Virus record (IMG/VR): IMGVR_UViG_3300049012_000012
Span: 1-46,704 of that record
Direction: 5' to 3' (one strand)
Length of the DNA: 46,704 bases
Source: a virus
Taxonomy: Duplodnaviria; Caudoviricetes
Of this stretch, positions 1 through 9,790 are shown one piece after another. Positions within the stretch are counted from its first letter, which is position 1. Each line of letters begins with the position of its first letter. The notes beneath the pieces were generated by a model. The model saw nothing but the letters and a program-made list of their open reading frames with translations, was not told where the DNA came from and made no database searches. The position numbers and the translations under genes were made by a program.

Positions 1-132
1 CCGTGAAGGTGCTGAGCTCTTCCTCGATGCACGCGGCCTGCATCGCAGCCCACCGGTGCCGGCGATGCGTCTCGAGGTCACCGCTCTTGTCGGCGCCGAG
101 TACGGCCCCACCGAGGAGCTCCGAACTCGTAA
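1..132. repeat. Terminal direct repeat / circular assembly overlap (left copy)
   Basis: 1-132 matches 46573-46704 except position 6 (a) versus 46578 (t); 7-132 is identical to 46579-46704. Confidence 0.97.
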
Positions 133-343
133 CGATGTTGCTGACAGCGTTGACCAGCGCGATGGGCATGGCCCCGTTGACGAACGCGCGGCCAGCAGGC
201 GGTAGACCGTCGAGGGCTGCTTGCTCGTCCTGCCAGCAGTCGAGCCAAACTCCCAGGGCTCCGCCTTGGACGTACTCGACTTTGGAGACGCGATGATGCG
301 TGCAGAGCACGCCGTTGACTGTGGTGGTGCGAGTGTAGATCAT
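1..343 (-). CDS. 5' part of a tail fibre assembly / DUF4376-like protein that spans the circular junction (204 aa in total)
   Basis: ATG at 343-341 overlaps the TGA of the tail tip gene. It reads MIYTRTTTVNGVLCTHHRVSKVEY...ETHRRHRWAAMQAACIEEE and continues in frame into 46301-46704 (211+404=615 nt). Confidence 0.8.
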   Translation of the reverse strand, partial: MIYTRTTTVNGVLCTHHRVSKVEYVQGGALGVWLDCWQDEQAALDGLPPAGRAFVNGAMPIALVNAVSNIVTSSELLGGAVLGADKSGDLETHRRHRWAAMQAACIEEELSTFT

Positions 344-3300
344 CAGATTGCCTGCTCTGCGCGGAGGTAGATGGAACCGCTGGACACGACGTTGTTACCG
401 CTCGAGTCACTGGCGATGGTGAAGTTGAAAGAGCCCTCTTCGACCCCGGTGCTGTTGGTGAACGCGATCTCGCGGTTGGCGGTCAGCGCGAGCCAGGAGT
501 TCAGCGTGCCGCTATCGAGGCCCGCAGACCCGCTGTCGACGCGCGTGAACATGATCCAGTAGCTGGATCCGATGCCGCTTGTGGTGGGGTTGTACCACTT
601 CGAACCCAGCGTCGTGTACGAGCCCGTGCCGCCGCGCCTGCTGATGGTGCCGTCCGTGTTGAAGCGGATGCCCGCCTGACACTGCGTCGGCGCAATGGTC
701 GCCTCGTTTGCGATCAGGTTGCCGGGGCTGGTCACCGGAGCGGAGGCAGGCGTGGCAGCCTTGGCCTTCGTCAAGTTGAACCGCTTGGTCTGCGTGGGGT
801 AGCCTGAGCGCGTGGCCGTGATGTCCACGTAGCCGGTGTCCGTGCCGCTCGTCATGTTGGTGACGGTCAACACGTTCGAGGCAAAGGACGACGTGACCCC
901 GCTGCTGTCCGTCTTGCCGAACGACCAGTTGCTGGTGTCCTCCGTGGTGCCAAGCCAGACCTTCGCCGTGGTGGTGGCGCCGCTGTAGGTGCTTACCACA
1001 CCAGTGCTGTCCGCCGGCAGCACGAACCCGTCTGCGCTCAACGTCATGGCAGCCGGGCTGACGCCATCATCCCCGTCCACACCAGCGACGCCGTCGTCAC
1101 CCTTGCTGCCGACCGGCCCGAACTTCAGGTTGCGGATGGCAGCACCTTGGCTGAAGAACGCCGAGTCAGAAAACAGCTTGAGGTTCGCCGAGGTGGCCTC
1201 CGTGTGCCGCAGCACCCCGTCCTGGTAGAACCGAACTGCCGTGTTGTCGTATGCCGCCACAAACACGGAGTTCACGGTGTACGCCCACGGGCCGGCAACC
1301 TGGGTGCCGTTCAACCGAATGTCTGCCAACACGTCACCACGGACGTACCACGCGAAGTTCAAATTCGTGATGTCACCAGCGTCCCCCGCTTCGGGGTCAT
1401 CGTTCAGGCCCACCATGACGTCGTAGGACGTTTGGTTCGCCTGGAAGGACACGTAGGCCCCGCTGGTGTGGGACTCAAGACTGCGGGCCTCGGCGTTCCA
1501 GGCGTTACCACCAGTCACCTTGGTGATGGTGTTCTTCTCCTGGTCGATAACCACGCCTTCCGGTACGATCGTGAACGTTCCGCCAGACAGCGGAAACTTG
1601 AACATGGCGCCCGTGACGACGTAGGTGTAAGCCGACACGTCGGAGAGCAGCTGCTCCGCGCCTCCGTACACGTTGAACGACGTGAACTTGAAGTACAGCG
1701 TCTTCCCGATGGTCGTCAGGTCAAGCGGACCGGACTTGACGATCGACTGGTCAACGCGCGCGATCTGATCGCCGATCGAGTGCGCTGCGGCCACCGTGCC
1801 GTACGCGCCTCGCGACGCCGAGGTCAGGTTGTACTGCCCCGCACCGATCAAAGTTGCTGTGGTGTGCGCGCAGTACTCGGGGTTCGTGCCGCCAACGTAC
1901 ATCAGGGTTGACAGGGCTGCTGCATCTGCCGCGCTGCCACTGATCATCTGCCCTTGCGCGATGCTCATCCCGAGGCCATCGCCTACGGTTGCCGTCACCG
2001 CCGCAAACAGCGTGCCGTAGCGTGCGGGGCCGTAAATGCGCCCGATCTGCTTGTAGTTGCTGCCATCGGTGGACGCCCACGCAGTGCACCCACCCCAGGT
2101 CGCAGCTACAGCGCCGCGCACCGCTGCGTACACCTCAAGCCCCGTGCTGCTGAGCTCACGCGGACCCTCGAAGAACATAGGGGTGTCGACACTGCCTGGA
2201 GCCACGTTGTAGTCGTGCGCGAAGCCAGCACCAACCTCCGTGGGGTACAGCGTGCTCGATGCCGAGCCGATTGGAAACGTTTCCGCCGTGCAGTGAATCT
2301 CACCGTCCTCAGGCTCGTCCACGTGGGTCAACCGCACCGGGGTCAGGGACAGTCCCAGCCGAGCGTCGGTCAGCGTAACAAGGTCCATCGGCTCCAGCAG
2401 ATTGAAGTGGACCGGGAGCTTGAACTTGTAGGTGCTCCGGATGTACAGCGACCGCTGCAAGAACAGTTGGGCCACGTCACGCGCCACGGCAGCGTCGCAA
2501 ATCCAGTGCGCCTGGAACACCTCGGCGGACCGGATGCCGTAGGTGTCGATGTCGGCTTGGTCTTTGGCCTCGGCGATCTCGATGTTGTACTGGTTGGCGC
2601 GGTTCAGGAACTCGATGCGCACATGGTTGTGGGCGTCGGCCTGCGGCTTGCGCATCAGCTTGACGGGGTTCTCCTTGTCCAGAAAGAACCGGTCGTCCAG
2701 GTCGTAGATCGGCGTGGTGTTCGCCGTGTAGGTAGCACCGTTGCCCGTGATGGTGGCGTCCCCGAACGGGATGAACTTAAGGGTGCCTTCGCTGACAACG
2801 GGGGCCGTGTTGGTGATCTTGCAGAGCTTGGACAGCACCTCGGCCATCGGCGCCTGCTCGGTAAACGCGGGCGACCCCAGCAGGTTTGCTGCGCGGCAGT
2901 AGTCGCTCCAGTTGGTGACGCTGCCCAGCCGGCTTGCGTCGAAGCCAGCGCCGAACCGGTCGTTGGTCAACAGGGTGTACCCCACGGTCGCCAAGACCAC
3001 GTCAGGCACCGACGCACCCAGGTGGTAGGCCATCGTGGCCTGCACCTCGAAGTTGTGGTTCTCGACCGCTGCGCTGCTTCCCAGGTCGTATGCGCTTGAG
3101 CGCACGTGAGCAATGCCGCTGTAGCCGATGGCTTGCGACGAGTAGTTCGTGGTGAGGTAGCTCCACACCGCTTGGCCCACCGCACCGTTCGCGAGGGACA
3201 TGCCCATCTGCTGGAGTGAGGTCTGGGACGCACCTGCGACCGTATACTGGTACGTTATGGTGACCGTCTGGCCCTCTGAGATGATTGGGAATGTGCCGCC

Positions 3301-3816
3301 GAACGTGTACGTGTTGCCCACGCGACCGTAGTCGCTGCCCTCAGACATGATGAACGGGGTGAAGCCACCCTCACCCCCACCCACCGGGCACTCGACGTTT
3401 ATGCTCGCAGAGAACACACCGCTACTCGGGGGCGTGACCGTGAAGCTTCCACCCCCCGACGGCACGGCGTAGGTCGCCGTAGCAGTGATGATCTGGCTCG
3501 CGGTGACGCCGCCGGAGTACAGCGTCTTGCCGCGCCATATGCGGGAGATGCCGGTGACCTCGCCTTCGCAGAGGGCCATCATCACAGCGGCCTCGTACGT
3601 GTACGTGGTGTTCTGCGTCTTGACCGCGCCGCCTTTGCCGCCAGCAGCCTCGGTGGTGGTGTTGGGGATGGCACGAAAGCCACCGTACCACAGCAGGTTG
3701 CCGGGGATGCGTGTGACCCCGAACACCACCGGCAGCGTACCACCATAGGCGCTCGACTGGAAGCGCATGGCCTCCAGCTTGGTCTCAGACGTTGCGATTG
3801 TTTTCGAGCCGCTCAT
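343..3816 (-). CDS. Tail tip / host specificity protein (Phage-tail_3, GTA-like central fibre) with C-terminal lectin-like, collagen-like and Ig-like segments
   Basis: 1157 aa. N-terminal SSAYGGTLPVVFGVTRIPGNLLW is typical of tip proteins; LLEPMDLVTL and RGAYGT motifs are present; it is the last gene after DUF2460/DUF2163/NlpC. Confidence 0.88.
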   Translation of the reverse strand: MSGSKTIATSETKLEAMRFQSSAYGGTLPVVFGVTRIPGNLLWYGGFRAIPNTTTEAAGGKGGAVKTQNTTYTYEAAVMMALCEGEVTGISRIWRGKTLYSGGVTASQIITATATYAVPSGGGSFTVTPPSSGVFSASINVECPVGGGEGGFTPFIMSEGSDYGRVGNTYTFGGTFPIISEGQTVTITYQYTVAGASQTSLQQMGMSLANGAVGQAVWSYLTTNYSSQAIGYSGIAHVRSSAYDLGSSAAVENHNFEVQATMAYHLGASVPDVVLATVGYTLLTNDRFGAGFDASRLGSVTNWSDYCRAANLLGSPAFTEQAPMAEVLSKLCKITNTAPVVSEGTLKFIPFGDATITGNGATYTANTTPIYDLDDRFFLDKENPVKLMRKPQADAHNHVRIEFLNRANQYNIEIAEAKDQADIDTYGIRSAEVFQAHWICDAAVARDVAQLFLQRSLYIRSTYKFKLPVHFNLLEPMDLVTLTDARLGLSLTPVRLTHVDEPEDGEIHCTAETFPIGSASSTLYPTEVGAGFAHDYNVAPGSVDTPMFFEGPRELSSTGLEVYAAVRGAVAATWGGCTAWASTDGSNYKQIGRIYGPARYGTLFAAVTATVGDGLGMSIAQGQMISGSAADAAALSTLMYVGGTNPEYCAHTTATLIGAGQYNLTSASRGAYGTVAAAHSIGDQIARVDQSIVKSGPLDLTTIGKTLYFKFTSFNVYGGAEQLLSDVSAYTYVVTGAMFKFPLSGGTFTIVPEGVVIDQEKNTITKVTGGNAWNAEARSLESHTSGAYVSFQANQTSYDVMVGLNDDPEAGDAGDITNLNFAWYVRGDVLADIRLNGTQVAGPWAYTVNSVFVAAYDNTAVRFYQDGVLRHTEATSANLKLFSDSAFFSQGAAIRNLKFGPVGSKGDDGVAGVDGDDGVSPAAMTLSADGFVLPADSTGVVSTYSGATTTAKVWLGTTEDTSNWSFGKTDSSGVTSSFASNVLTVTNMTSGTDTGYVDITATRSGYPTQTKRFNLTKAKAATPASAPVTSPGNLIANEATIAPTQCQAGIRFNTDGTISRRGGTGSYTTLGSKWYNPTTSGIGSSYWIMFTRVDSGSAGLDSGTLNSWLALTANREIAFTNSTGVEEGSFNFTIASDSSGNNVVSSGSIYLRAEQAI

Positions 3817-4244
3817 TTGAGGGTCCAGTAGGTGACTTTGCGCCCGGCCAGCGGCTCTTCGTCAGCACGCGACAGGATGACGCCACGATTGAGGTAGGCA
3901 TGCACCAGCAGGCCGTTTTCGACAACGATGGCACCGTGGCTGAAGCAGCGGCCGAACTTGAACAGCGCCACGTCGCCCGGCTGCGGCTGCTTGACTTGGG
4001 CATCGTAGACGTGTGCGTACTTGAACATCCAGTGCGCGTACATCTCCTCACTGCGGTGCAGGTGCCAGTCGACCGGGTAGTACCCGGGGTCCAGCGGCTG
4101 GATGACGCCTGCCGCTTCATACACGAGGCACAGAAGCTGCGCGCAGTCGACGCCCACGCCCTTGATGCGGCCGTGGTGGTGGTACGGGGTCTTGATCCAA
4201 CTCATGGCCTCGGCCACGACTAGCTCTCGTTGGTGCGGAGTCAT
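3813..4244 (-). CDS. NlpC/P60 family tail-associated peptidase
   Basis: ATG at 4244 overlaps the upstream stop. WIKTPYHH..GVDCAQL carries the catalytic Cys, followed by FSHGAI and LVHA. Conserved position in GTA-like tail modules. Confidence 0.92.
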   Translation of the reverse strand: MTPHQRELVVAEAMSWIKTPYHHHGRIKGVGVDCAQLLCLVYEAAGVIQPLDPGYYPVDWHLHRSEEMYAHWMFKYAHVYDAQVKQPQPGDVALFKFGRCFSHGAIVVENGLLVHAYLNRGVILSRADEEPLAGRKVTYWTLK

Positions 4245-5131
4245 ACAACGGTCTCCGGAACAGGAATGTAGGGCGTCCCTCGGAAGCGAATCACGTTGGC
4301 GAACTTGCTGGTGCAGGTGGCCTTGGTCTTGTCGCAACCCGGGGAAAGCGTGAACGTGTCGCCGGAAGCAACAGCGAACGGCCACGGGGCGATAGCTTGC
4401 AGGGCTGCGTTGCTGGCGTCCACGACCGAGTGCACCTTGACCGTGCGGCTGATCCCAGCGTTCGCCCCGGTCAGGAACTTCACCACACCCAGCCCGTAGT
4501 AGCTCGCCGTGCCGTCGTGCGCATGCACGCGCGTGTAGTTGAACTGCCGCTGCGTGGAGCCAGTGGGGCCGGATGCGGTGCGCGTGACCGTGTGTGCCGT
4601 TCGGGCCAGCCCGCACGTGTTGTCGAACAACGTGTTGAGGCAGCCCGGCTGGTACAGGTTGCGGGGCACCTTTACGTCGAGCACCTCGAGGTCGCTGCGG
4701 ATGGTGAGCCGTGCCTCGTAGCGGTCCATGTCGACTTCACTGATGCGGCCTGAAAACAGCAGCACCGTGCCTGCCGGAGCGGTCGACCAGTTGGCAGCGA
4801 ACACTCGTTCGAGGGTGAGGCGCGCACCGTCCAGACCGCCACGGGCGATGAACGACATGAGAGGCACGCCGTTTATCGTGTCCGTGGCGCGGCCTGTGAT
4901 GGTCACGTCCAGCGTGTCCACCGACACGCCGATGCTCAGCTTGGTTGACCCACGCGCGATCAACGGCCCCAACGCCCAGGTCTTGCCATCGTAGGTGATC
5001 GGCTGGTCATGGCTCGTGTACCGCAGGTACGTCGGCGTATCACCAGGAAACGTGATCGTAAACAAGTCGGCCCACACAAGTGGACCGAATTGGTTGAGCA
5101 GGGTGATCAGCCCAGCGGATGCGGACCTCAT
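4241..5131 (-). CDS. Tail hub protein, DUF2163 / phage BR0599 family
   Basis: Cys pattern YQPGC..LFDNTCG...PGCDKTKATCTSKFAN..RFRGTPYIP; lies between the distal tail and NlpC genes. Confidence 0.9.
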   Translation of the reverse strand: MRSASAGLITLLNQFGPLVWADLFTITFPGDTPTYLRYTSHDQPITYDGKTWALGPLIARGSTKLSIGVSVDTLDVTITGRATDTINGVPLMSFIARGGLDGARLTLERVFAANWSTAPAGTVLLFSGRISEVDMDRYEARLTIRSDLEVLDVKVPRNLYQPGCLNTLFDNTCGLARTAHTVTRTASGPTGSTQRQFNYTRVHAHDGTASYYGLGVVKFLTGANAGISRTVKVHSVVDASNAALQAIAPWPFAVASGDTFTLSPGCDKTKATCTSKFANVIRFRGTPYIPVPETVV

Positions 5132-5724
5132 GCTTTCTCCGTGATGAACTCGAGCGTTCGGAGTTCCCAGAACTGCTTCATGAACTCGTTGAAGTCGAGG
5201 GAGTCGTTGACGAACCGGCTGCGCCAGTAGAACGTGCCCGTCCAGGTGAGCAGCACCCCGTTCGCGGGGGCCGAGTTGAACGTGACGACCCCCGTGGCTG
5301 AGTTGATCGAGTACAGCCCGTCGTTCACACCGTTCTTGTACACGGCGATCGAGGAGTTGAGAACCTCCAGGACCGGCTCGATGTACCCGCCGAACGTGCG
5401 CACCAGCTGGAACGCCGTCTGGGTGCCGTTGCCGACTGCGAACTGTTGGGCCACAACGGCGTTGTCGTTGGGGTCCAAGTAGCGAAACGTGTCGCCCCGG
5501 CCGAGGTGCAGGTTGAAGAAGCCCGCGAGCTCCTGCATCTCAGGCAGGGATGCACGGGCGCGCAGCACGTCGAACGTCAGCCGGTAGCGCCACTTCGGGT
5601 ACGACCAGCGGCTGTTCGCGTACGAACGCCCGGACACCGAGCTCTTCAAGAGGGTGTCCCACACGGGTGACCGTGTGCGGTTCCACCCGAGGCCCGGGGG
5701 CTGAGGAAGGACGAGTGCGCTCAT
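5128..5724 (-). CDS. Distal tail protein, DUF2460 (TIGR02217-like)
   Basis: SGR..NSRWSYP, FFNLHLGRGDTFRYLDPND, GNGTQTAFQL and TGVVTF..AP motifs; directly follows the tape measure gene. Confidence 0.9.
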   Translation of the reverse strand: MSALVLPQPPGLGWNRTRSPVWDTLLKSSVSGRSYANSRWSYPKWRYRLTFDVLRARASLPEMQELAGFFNLHLGRGDTFRYLDPNDNAVVAQQFAVGNGTQTAFQLVRTFGGYIEPVLEVLNSSIAVYKNGVNDGLYSINSATGVVTFNSAPANGVLLTWTGTFYWRSRFVNDSLDFNEFMKQFWELRTLEFITEKA

Positions 5725-8009
5725 GAGAAGTCGAAGTTGCGGTTGAGGGACTTGAGGAACGTGACCATCTCACGCTTGTGCGCGATGAAGAACTCGCCGG
5801 CCGTTGCACCCTTGAGGATGACCGGGGCGCCACCTCCGCCACCGCGCGCCAAGTCTTTCACAACCTGGGACTCCTCCTTGGGCAGCACCATCTCCTCCTC
5901 GTGGAGCTGGGTCAGCGGGTTGACGCCGCTAGGGACGCTGTAGCCACCCCGTGCGCTTGGCACCCTGCCACTCAGGGCTGAGACGGCCCCAAAGACCGTT
6001 GCCATGGCCGCAAGGGCAAGCGCGGGGCCAATGATAGGGATGGGTGCCTGTGAGGCCGCTGCGCCCGCGCCTGCCTTGGCTGCCTCCATGCCAATGCCGG
6101 CCAGACCCAGGGCCTTCTCCGTGGTCCAAGCAGCGGCCTTCTTGGCGAGCATCTGGGTGATGAACCCGGTGACCTGCGACAGCAGCGTACCGAACAGGCT
6201 ACGCACGGCCTGTCCGAGCGTCATCGTACGGTTCACCAGCCCCTGCACGATGCCGGCCCACGACTGCCCGATGTTCTGGAAGAAGCTTTGCCAGTCCTTG
6301 GTCTGCTCCTTGTGCTGCTCCCGCATGATCGTCTGCGAGTTGCGCTGGTGCTCACGCTCCACGGCAGCGAGCTCATCGTTGAGCCGTTGGAGGGCCACCA
6401 CGTTCTTCGTGGGGTCCTTGCTGAGGAGCTCCAGGCGGGCGGCGATGGCCTCCTTGGTGATGCGGTAGCGCTCGTCCTCCAGCTGCTGGTCCAGGGCCAG
6501 TAGCTCCATGTTGGTCATGCGCCCCATCTCGACTTCGAAGGCCGCTGCCTCACGACGCGCGTCGAGCTCCTCCAGCTGTTGCTGCTGGTACGCGGTGATG
6601 GCCTGCTCAGACAGCGCGTTGATCTGCGTGCGCTGCTCCTTCATGATCTCGAGCTCAGCCGACGCCACCTTCTTCCGTACAGCTAGCCGCTCTTCGACCG
6701 AGAGGTCAACGCGCGCTTGGATGTCCGACCAGTACTTGAGCTCGGCTTGTTTCGAGAGCTCACGCAGGTCGTTTTCTTTCTGATAGGCAACCTTTCGTGC
6801 TTCGAGTTCCGCCTCCCACTCAGAGGTACGAGACTTGTCCTTCTTCTCCTTTGGATCATCCTTGAGGTTGCCCATGCGTTTGGTGCCCGAGCTACCAGCA
6901 ACGCCAGTGCCCTTCGCAGCAACCTTGTCACCCCACACCCGTTCCAGGTCACCACTGAAGGCCTCCTTGGCTTCGATGAACGCTTCCTTGGTGTTCGTCG
7001 CAACGTTCTTGACGCCCTGGACGAACCGCTGCCCCATCCGGTCGTAGATGTTGGCTGCCTCCTGGAAGTCACCCCGGAAGACAGCTGCCAGCAGGTCACT
7101 GAGGTTCCCCAGCTGGTCGATCATGTGGTTGATCATCTCGAAGATGGCGCCACCCACGGTCTTGACCGCCATCTCGACAGTGCGGAACACCGCCAGCAGC
7201 CCGGTCATGGCACCACGGAAGATGTTGATGACCGTCGGTCCAGTGCTGGCGAAGTACTTGGCAAGCTGCGTGAAGACCGGCATGACGGCCTCGCCGACGA
7301 CCTTCATCACGGCCGTCATCACGTCACCCACGTCATTCATCGCGGCCTTGTACGCGTGATTGGCCTCGACGTTCTGGTCAGTGATCACCAGCCCGAGCTC
7401 TTCGTTCTTGCGCTTGGCCTCTTCGAGCACCTCGTTGTTGAGGCGCTGAAGCTGCATGACCTCTTCGATGCTCTTGCCGAACGCCTTCTGCGCGAACGTG
7501 GTCTGATCCAGGCCGGGCTTGAACTGGCCGACCATGCTCAGCGCGTCACGGAACACTTCCTGCGAGTCCCGCAGGTGGCCGTTGGCGTCACGGGTCTTGA
7601 TGCCCATCTCCTTCATGCCGTCCTCGTTGCGGCGCAGCTGCTGGCTGAACCGCTGGAACGTGCCGATGTAGGAGTCGCTGTCGGTGTAGATGTCACCGAG
7701 CGCAGTGTTGAGGGAGGTGGCTTCCTCCATCGAGATGCCCAGCGCACGGCTGAGCTTGATGGATTCCTCCGTGAGCTTGTTGGTCTCGTCGATGCCCTTC
7801 TGCAGGAACTTGCCGCCTGCCACGAGCCCAACGAGCCCGATCAACATGCCCTGAACCTTGGCGAACGCCCCCTCCATCCCGGAGAGGGCACCCTTCATCT
7901 TCTCAGTGCCGTCGCTGACCGCAGTTGCGGCCTTCTTCATGGCCTCACTGGCGCCACTGCTGTCGCCTGTGATGCGTACGCCGATCTCGTCGTTCGAGAT
8001 AGTGGTCAC
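5721..8009 (-). CDS. Tail tape measure protein
   Basis: 762 aa, Ala/Glu/Lys-rich and helical; C-terminal SARGGYSVP..LHEEEMVLP; lies after the chaperone genes. Confidence 0.92.
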   Translation of the reverse strand: MTTISNDEIGVRITGDSSGASEAMKKAATAVSDGTEKMKGALSGMEGAFAKVQGMLIGLVGLVAGGKFLQKGIDETNKLTEESIKLSRALGISMEEATSLNTALGDIYTDSDSYIGTFQRFSQQLRRNEDGMKEMGIKTRDANGHLRDSQEVFRDALSMVGQFKPGLDQTTFAQKAFGKSIEEVMQLQRLNNEVLEEAKRKNEELGLVITDQNVEANHAYKAAMNDVGDVMTAVMKVVGEAVMPVFTQLAKYFASTGPTVINIFRGAMTGLLAVFRTVEMAVKTVGGAIFEMINHMIDQLGNLSDLLAAVFRGDFQEAANIYDRMGQRFVQGVKNVATNTKEAFIEAKEAFSGDLERVWGDKVAAKGTGVAGSSGTKRMGNLKDDPKEKKDKSRTSEWEAELEARKVAYQKENDLRELSKQAELKYWSDIQARVDLSVEERLAVRKKVASAELEIMKEQRTQINALSEQAITAYQQQQLEELDARREAAAFEVEMGRMTNMELLALDQQLEDERYRITKEAIAARLELLSKDPTKNVVALQRLNDELAAVEREHQRNSQTIMREQHKEQTKDWQSFFQNIGQSWAGIVQGLVNRTMTLGQAVRSLFGTLLSQVTGFITQMLAKKAAAWTTEKALGLAGIGMEAAKAGAGAAASQAPIPIIGPALALAAMATVFGAVSALSGRVPSARGGYSVPSGVNPLTQLHEEEMVLPKEESQVVKDLARGGGGGAPVILKGATAGEFFIAHKREMVTFLKSLNRNFDFS

Positions 8010-8260
8010 GGTGTGATCTCCTTCTGCGGCACAGAGGCCATGAGTGCTTCGAAGTCCGCGTCAGTCGCGGTCTCTGCCGACCCTTTCGACTTACCCCAGC
8101 CTACATACGCAGCCACGGACACGTGGACGGGAGGTGACGTTTTCCAGTGACGATAGAAGGCCTCTAGCCTCGGGATCGTCATAAACTCGTCGATGTACTC
8201 CCAGGTCCACCCCGTGGCCGTGATCAGGTAGGCGTAGAGCTCGGCCCAATCGAAGGGTTT
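8006..8260 (-). CDS. Tail assembly chaperone extension (gpT-like), reached by a putative -1 frameshift
   Basis: Open frame KPFDWAELYAYLITATGWTWEYIDEFMTIPRL...KEITP ends in a TGA overlapping the TMP start. It begins at the slippery heptamer A AAC CCT (8260-8254). Confidence 0.75.
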   Translation of the reverse strand, partial: KPFDWAELYAYLITATGWTWEYIDEFMTIPRLEAFYRHWKTSPPVHVSVAAYVGWGKSKGSAETATDADFEALMASVPQKEITP

Positions 8261-8574
8261 GCGGAAGCCTCCTTGACCTCCGCTTCGTGTGCCTTGCGCT
8301 TGAGGCCGGACACGTCCATGACGGCCTCCATGACCTCACCCATGTTCGCGACATCCAGCAGGTCATGCAGGCTGTCCTTGTCGAACTCAGGGTAGTTGCG
8401 CTTGAGGGCTTCATACGTGGCATCGATGACCACGTTGATCGAGTCTGCGTCGACGCCCCCGGTGAACTTGTCGAGCCTTGCCTGCAGAGCCTGCAAGGAC
8501 CGGAAGTTCAGCGGGGGGACGACGAAGACCTCGCCACCCAGCGTGAGCGGGATGCCTTGGAACTTCGTCGTCAT
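8224..8574 (-). CDS. Tail assembly chaperone (gpG-like)
   Basis: 116 aa ORF between the tail tube and TMP genes, with an overlapping -1 frame ORF at its 3' end. Confidence 0.82.
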   Translation of the reverse strand: MTTKFQGIPLTLGGEVFVVPPLNFRSLQALQARLDKFTGGVDADSINVVIDATYEALKRNYPEFDKDSLHDLLDVANMGEVMEAVMDVSGLKRKAHEAEVKEASANPSIGPSSTPT

Positions 8575-8578
8575 GTCA

Positions 8579-9355
8579 TCACTCCGAGAAGCTGCGGTAC
8601 ATGACCGTGCCCGCAGCGTCCGCGAACGCTTCGAACTCGATCTCCGGCACCATGTAGTCGTCGAGCTTGGACTGCCAGCCCAGCTTCGACGCGATGGCGT
8701 TCGGGTACTGCGTGGCGAACGACTTGCCGTTCTTGGTGAAGTACACGTCCAGCCGGACGATCGGCGCTGCGCCCATCGGCAGGTTCTGGATGGTCATCTT
8801 GCCCGAGCCAGGGGCGTTCACCGATGACACCGTGTACTGGAAGCTGATGAACACCGTGAGGCCCACGTCAGCCGCAGCGAACGTGTACAGTCCAGCCACG
8901 ACCTTGTACTGCCCGGTGGTGGGCGTCGCGGCAGAGCCGACCTTGGTCATCGGCAGGCCGTTGGCGTTGCGCACACCCATGTCCCCTGCCCAGGTGCCGG
9001 TCGACGGAACGACAGGCGTGATCTGGAACGGGGTCGTGGGGATTGCCGCGCCGACGACGTCGGCCTTGTACGTGATCAGGCCAGCCGTGAGGGTCTGACC
9101 GAAGTACACCGAGCTCACCGCGAGCGCGTTGACCTGAGCGAACTTGGCCTTGACGCCGAGGTTGCCCTTGCCACGACCCACGTCAACCGGGAACTGGTTT
9201 TGACCGTAGAGCTTCTTGGTCTCGAAGGACTCATCCATCGAGATTTCTTGGGAGGTGAGCAGCTGCACCGGGGTGCCGTCGGCGATCGCGTTGCCAAACG
9301 CGTCGACGAGCGGCGTCGCCCAGATGGAGCCGGCACCGAAGATGTATTGGGCCAT
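8579..9355 (-). CDS. Major tail tube protein
   Basis: 258 aa and beta-rich (FETKKLYGQNQFPVDVGRGK; KLDDYMVPEIEFEAFAD); strong AGGAGG RBS; lies before the chaperones; no sheath gene, so siphovirus-like. Confidence 0.82.
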   Translation of the reverse strand: MAQYIFGAGSIWATPLVDAFGNAIADGTPVQLLTSQEISMDESFETKKLYGQNQFPVDVGRGKGNLGVKAKFAQVNALAVSSVYFGQTLTAGLITYKADVVGAAIPTTPFQITPVVPSTGTWAGDMGVRNANGLPMTKVGSAATPTTGQYKVVAGLYTFAAADVGLTVFISFQYTVSSVNAPGSGKMTIQNLPMGAAPIVRLDVYFTKNGKSFATQYPNAIASKLGWQSKLDDYMVPEIEFEAFADAAGTVMYRSFSE

Positions 9356-9367
9356 TGATGTGCCTCC

Positions 9368-9790
9368 TTACGACACTGTGATGGTGATGGGGATGATCGC
9401 TACAGCTTGAGCGCCCAGGGTACCCTCGTCGGTTTCGATTGCGCCGTTGATCCGACAGTGATGCACAAGGCCTCCGAGCGTTTGCACGGACTCGACAACA
9501 GTTGGCTCCAGCGCCGCTTCGATGGAGTCAAGAAGGGGGTTGATGATCGGACCAGGAGCTGCCTCCTCTTCCGCACGACAGTACACGTACACATCGACGC
9601 TCAGCGTCCACTTCGTGGGCTGACCCGTGGCGCGCTCGCCGATCTCGCCAGTTTGCGCCATGAACAGCGCAGGCTGATTCTCCTTGGGCACGTCAGCCCA
9701 ATGCTTGAGCCGGCGGTCTGTGGTAACGTAGCCCCCGGATGCCGCCAGCTTGGCGAACAGGGCTGCGTAGATGGCTTCACGATTGATCAC
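9368..9790 (-). CDS. Putative tail terminator / tail completion protein
   Basis: 140 aa; REAIYAALF, QPALF and TLGGLV.HC.I motifs; synteny. Confidence 0.7.
   Translation of the reverse strand: MINREAIYAALFAKLAASGGYVTTDRRLKHWADVPKENQPALFMAQTGEIGERATGQPTKWTLSVDVYVYCRAEEEAAPGPIINPLLDSIEAALEPTVVESVQTLGGLVHHCRINGAIETDEGTLGAQAVAIIPITITVS

Noticed and set aside
1-132. Terminal repeat as a biological direct terminal repeat or att site
   Set aside because: It falls inside a coding sequence and its length is typical of an assembler overlap; the single mismatch is at the contig edge.
343-1000. Diversity-generating retroelement target in the tail tip
   Set aside because: No reverse transcriptase gene and no template/variable repeat pair were seen.
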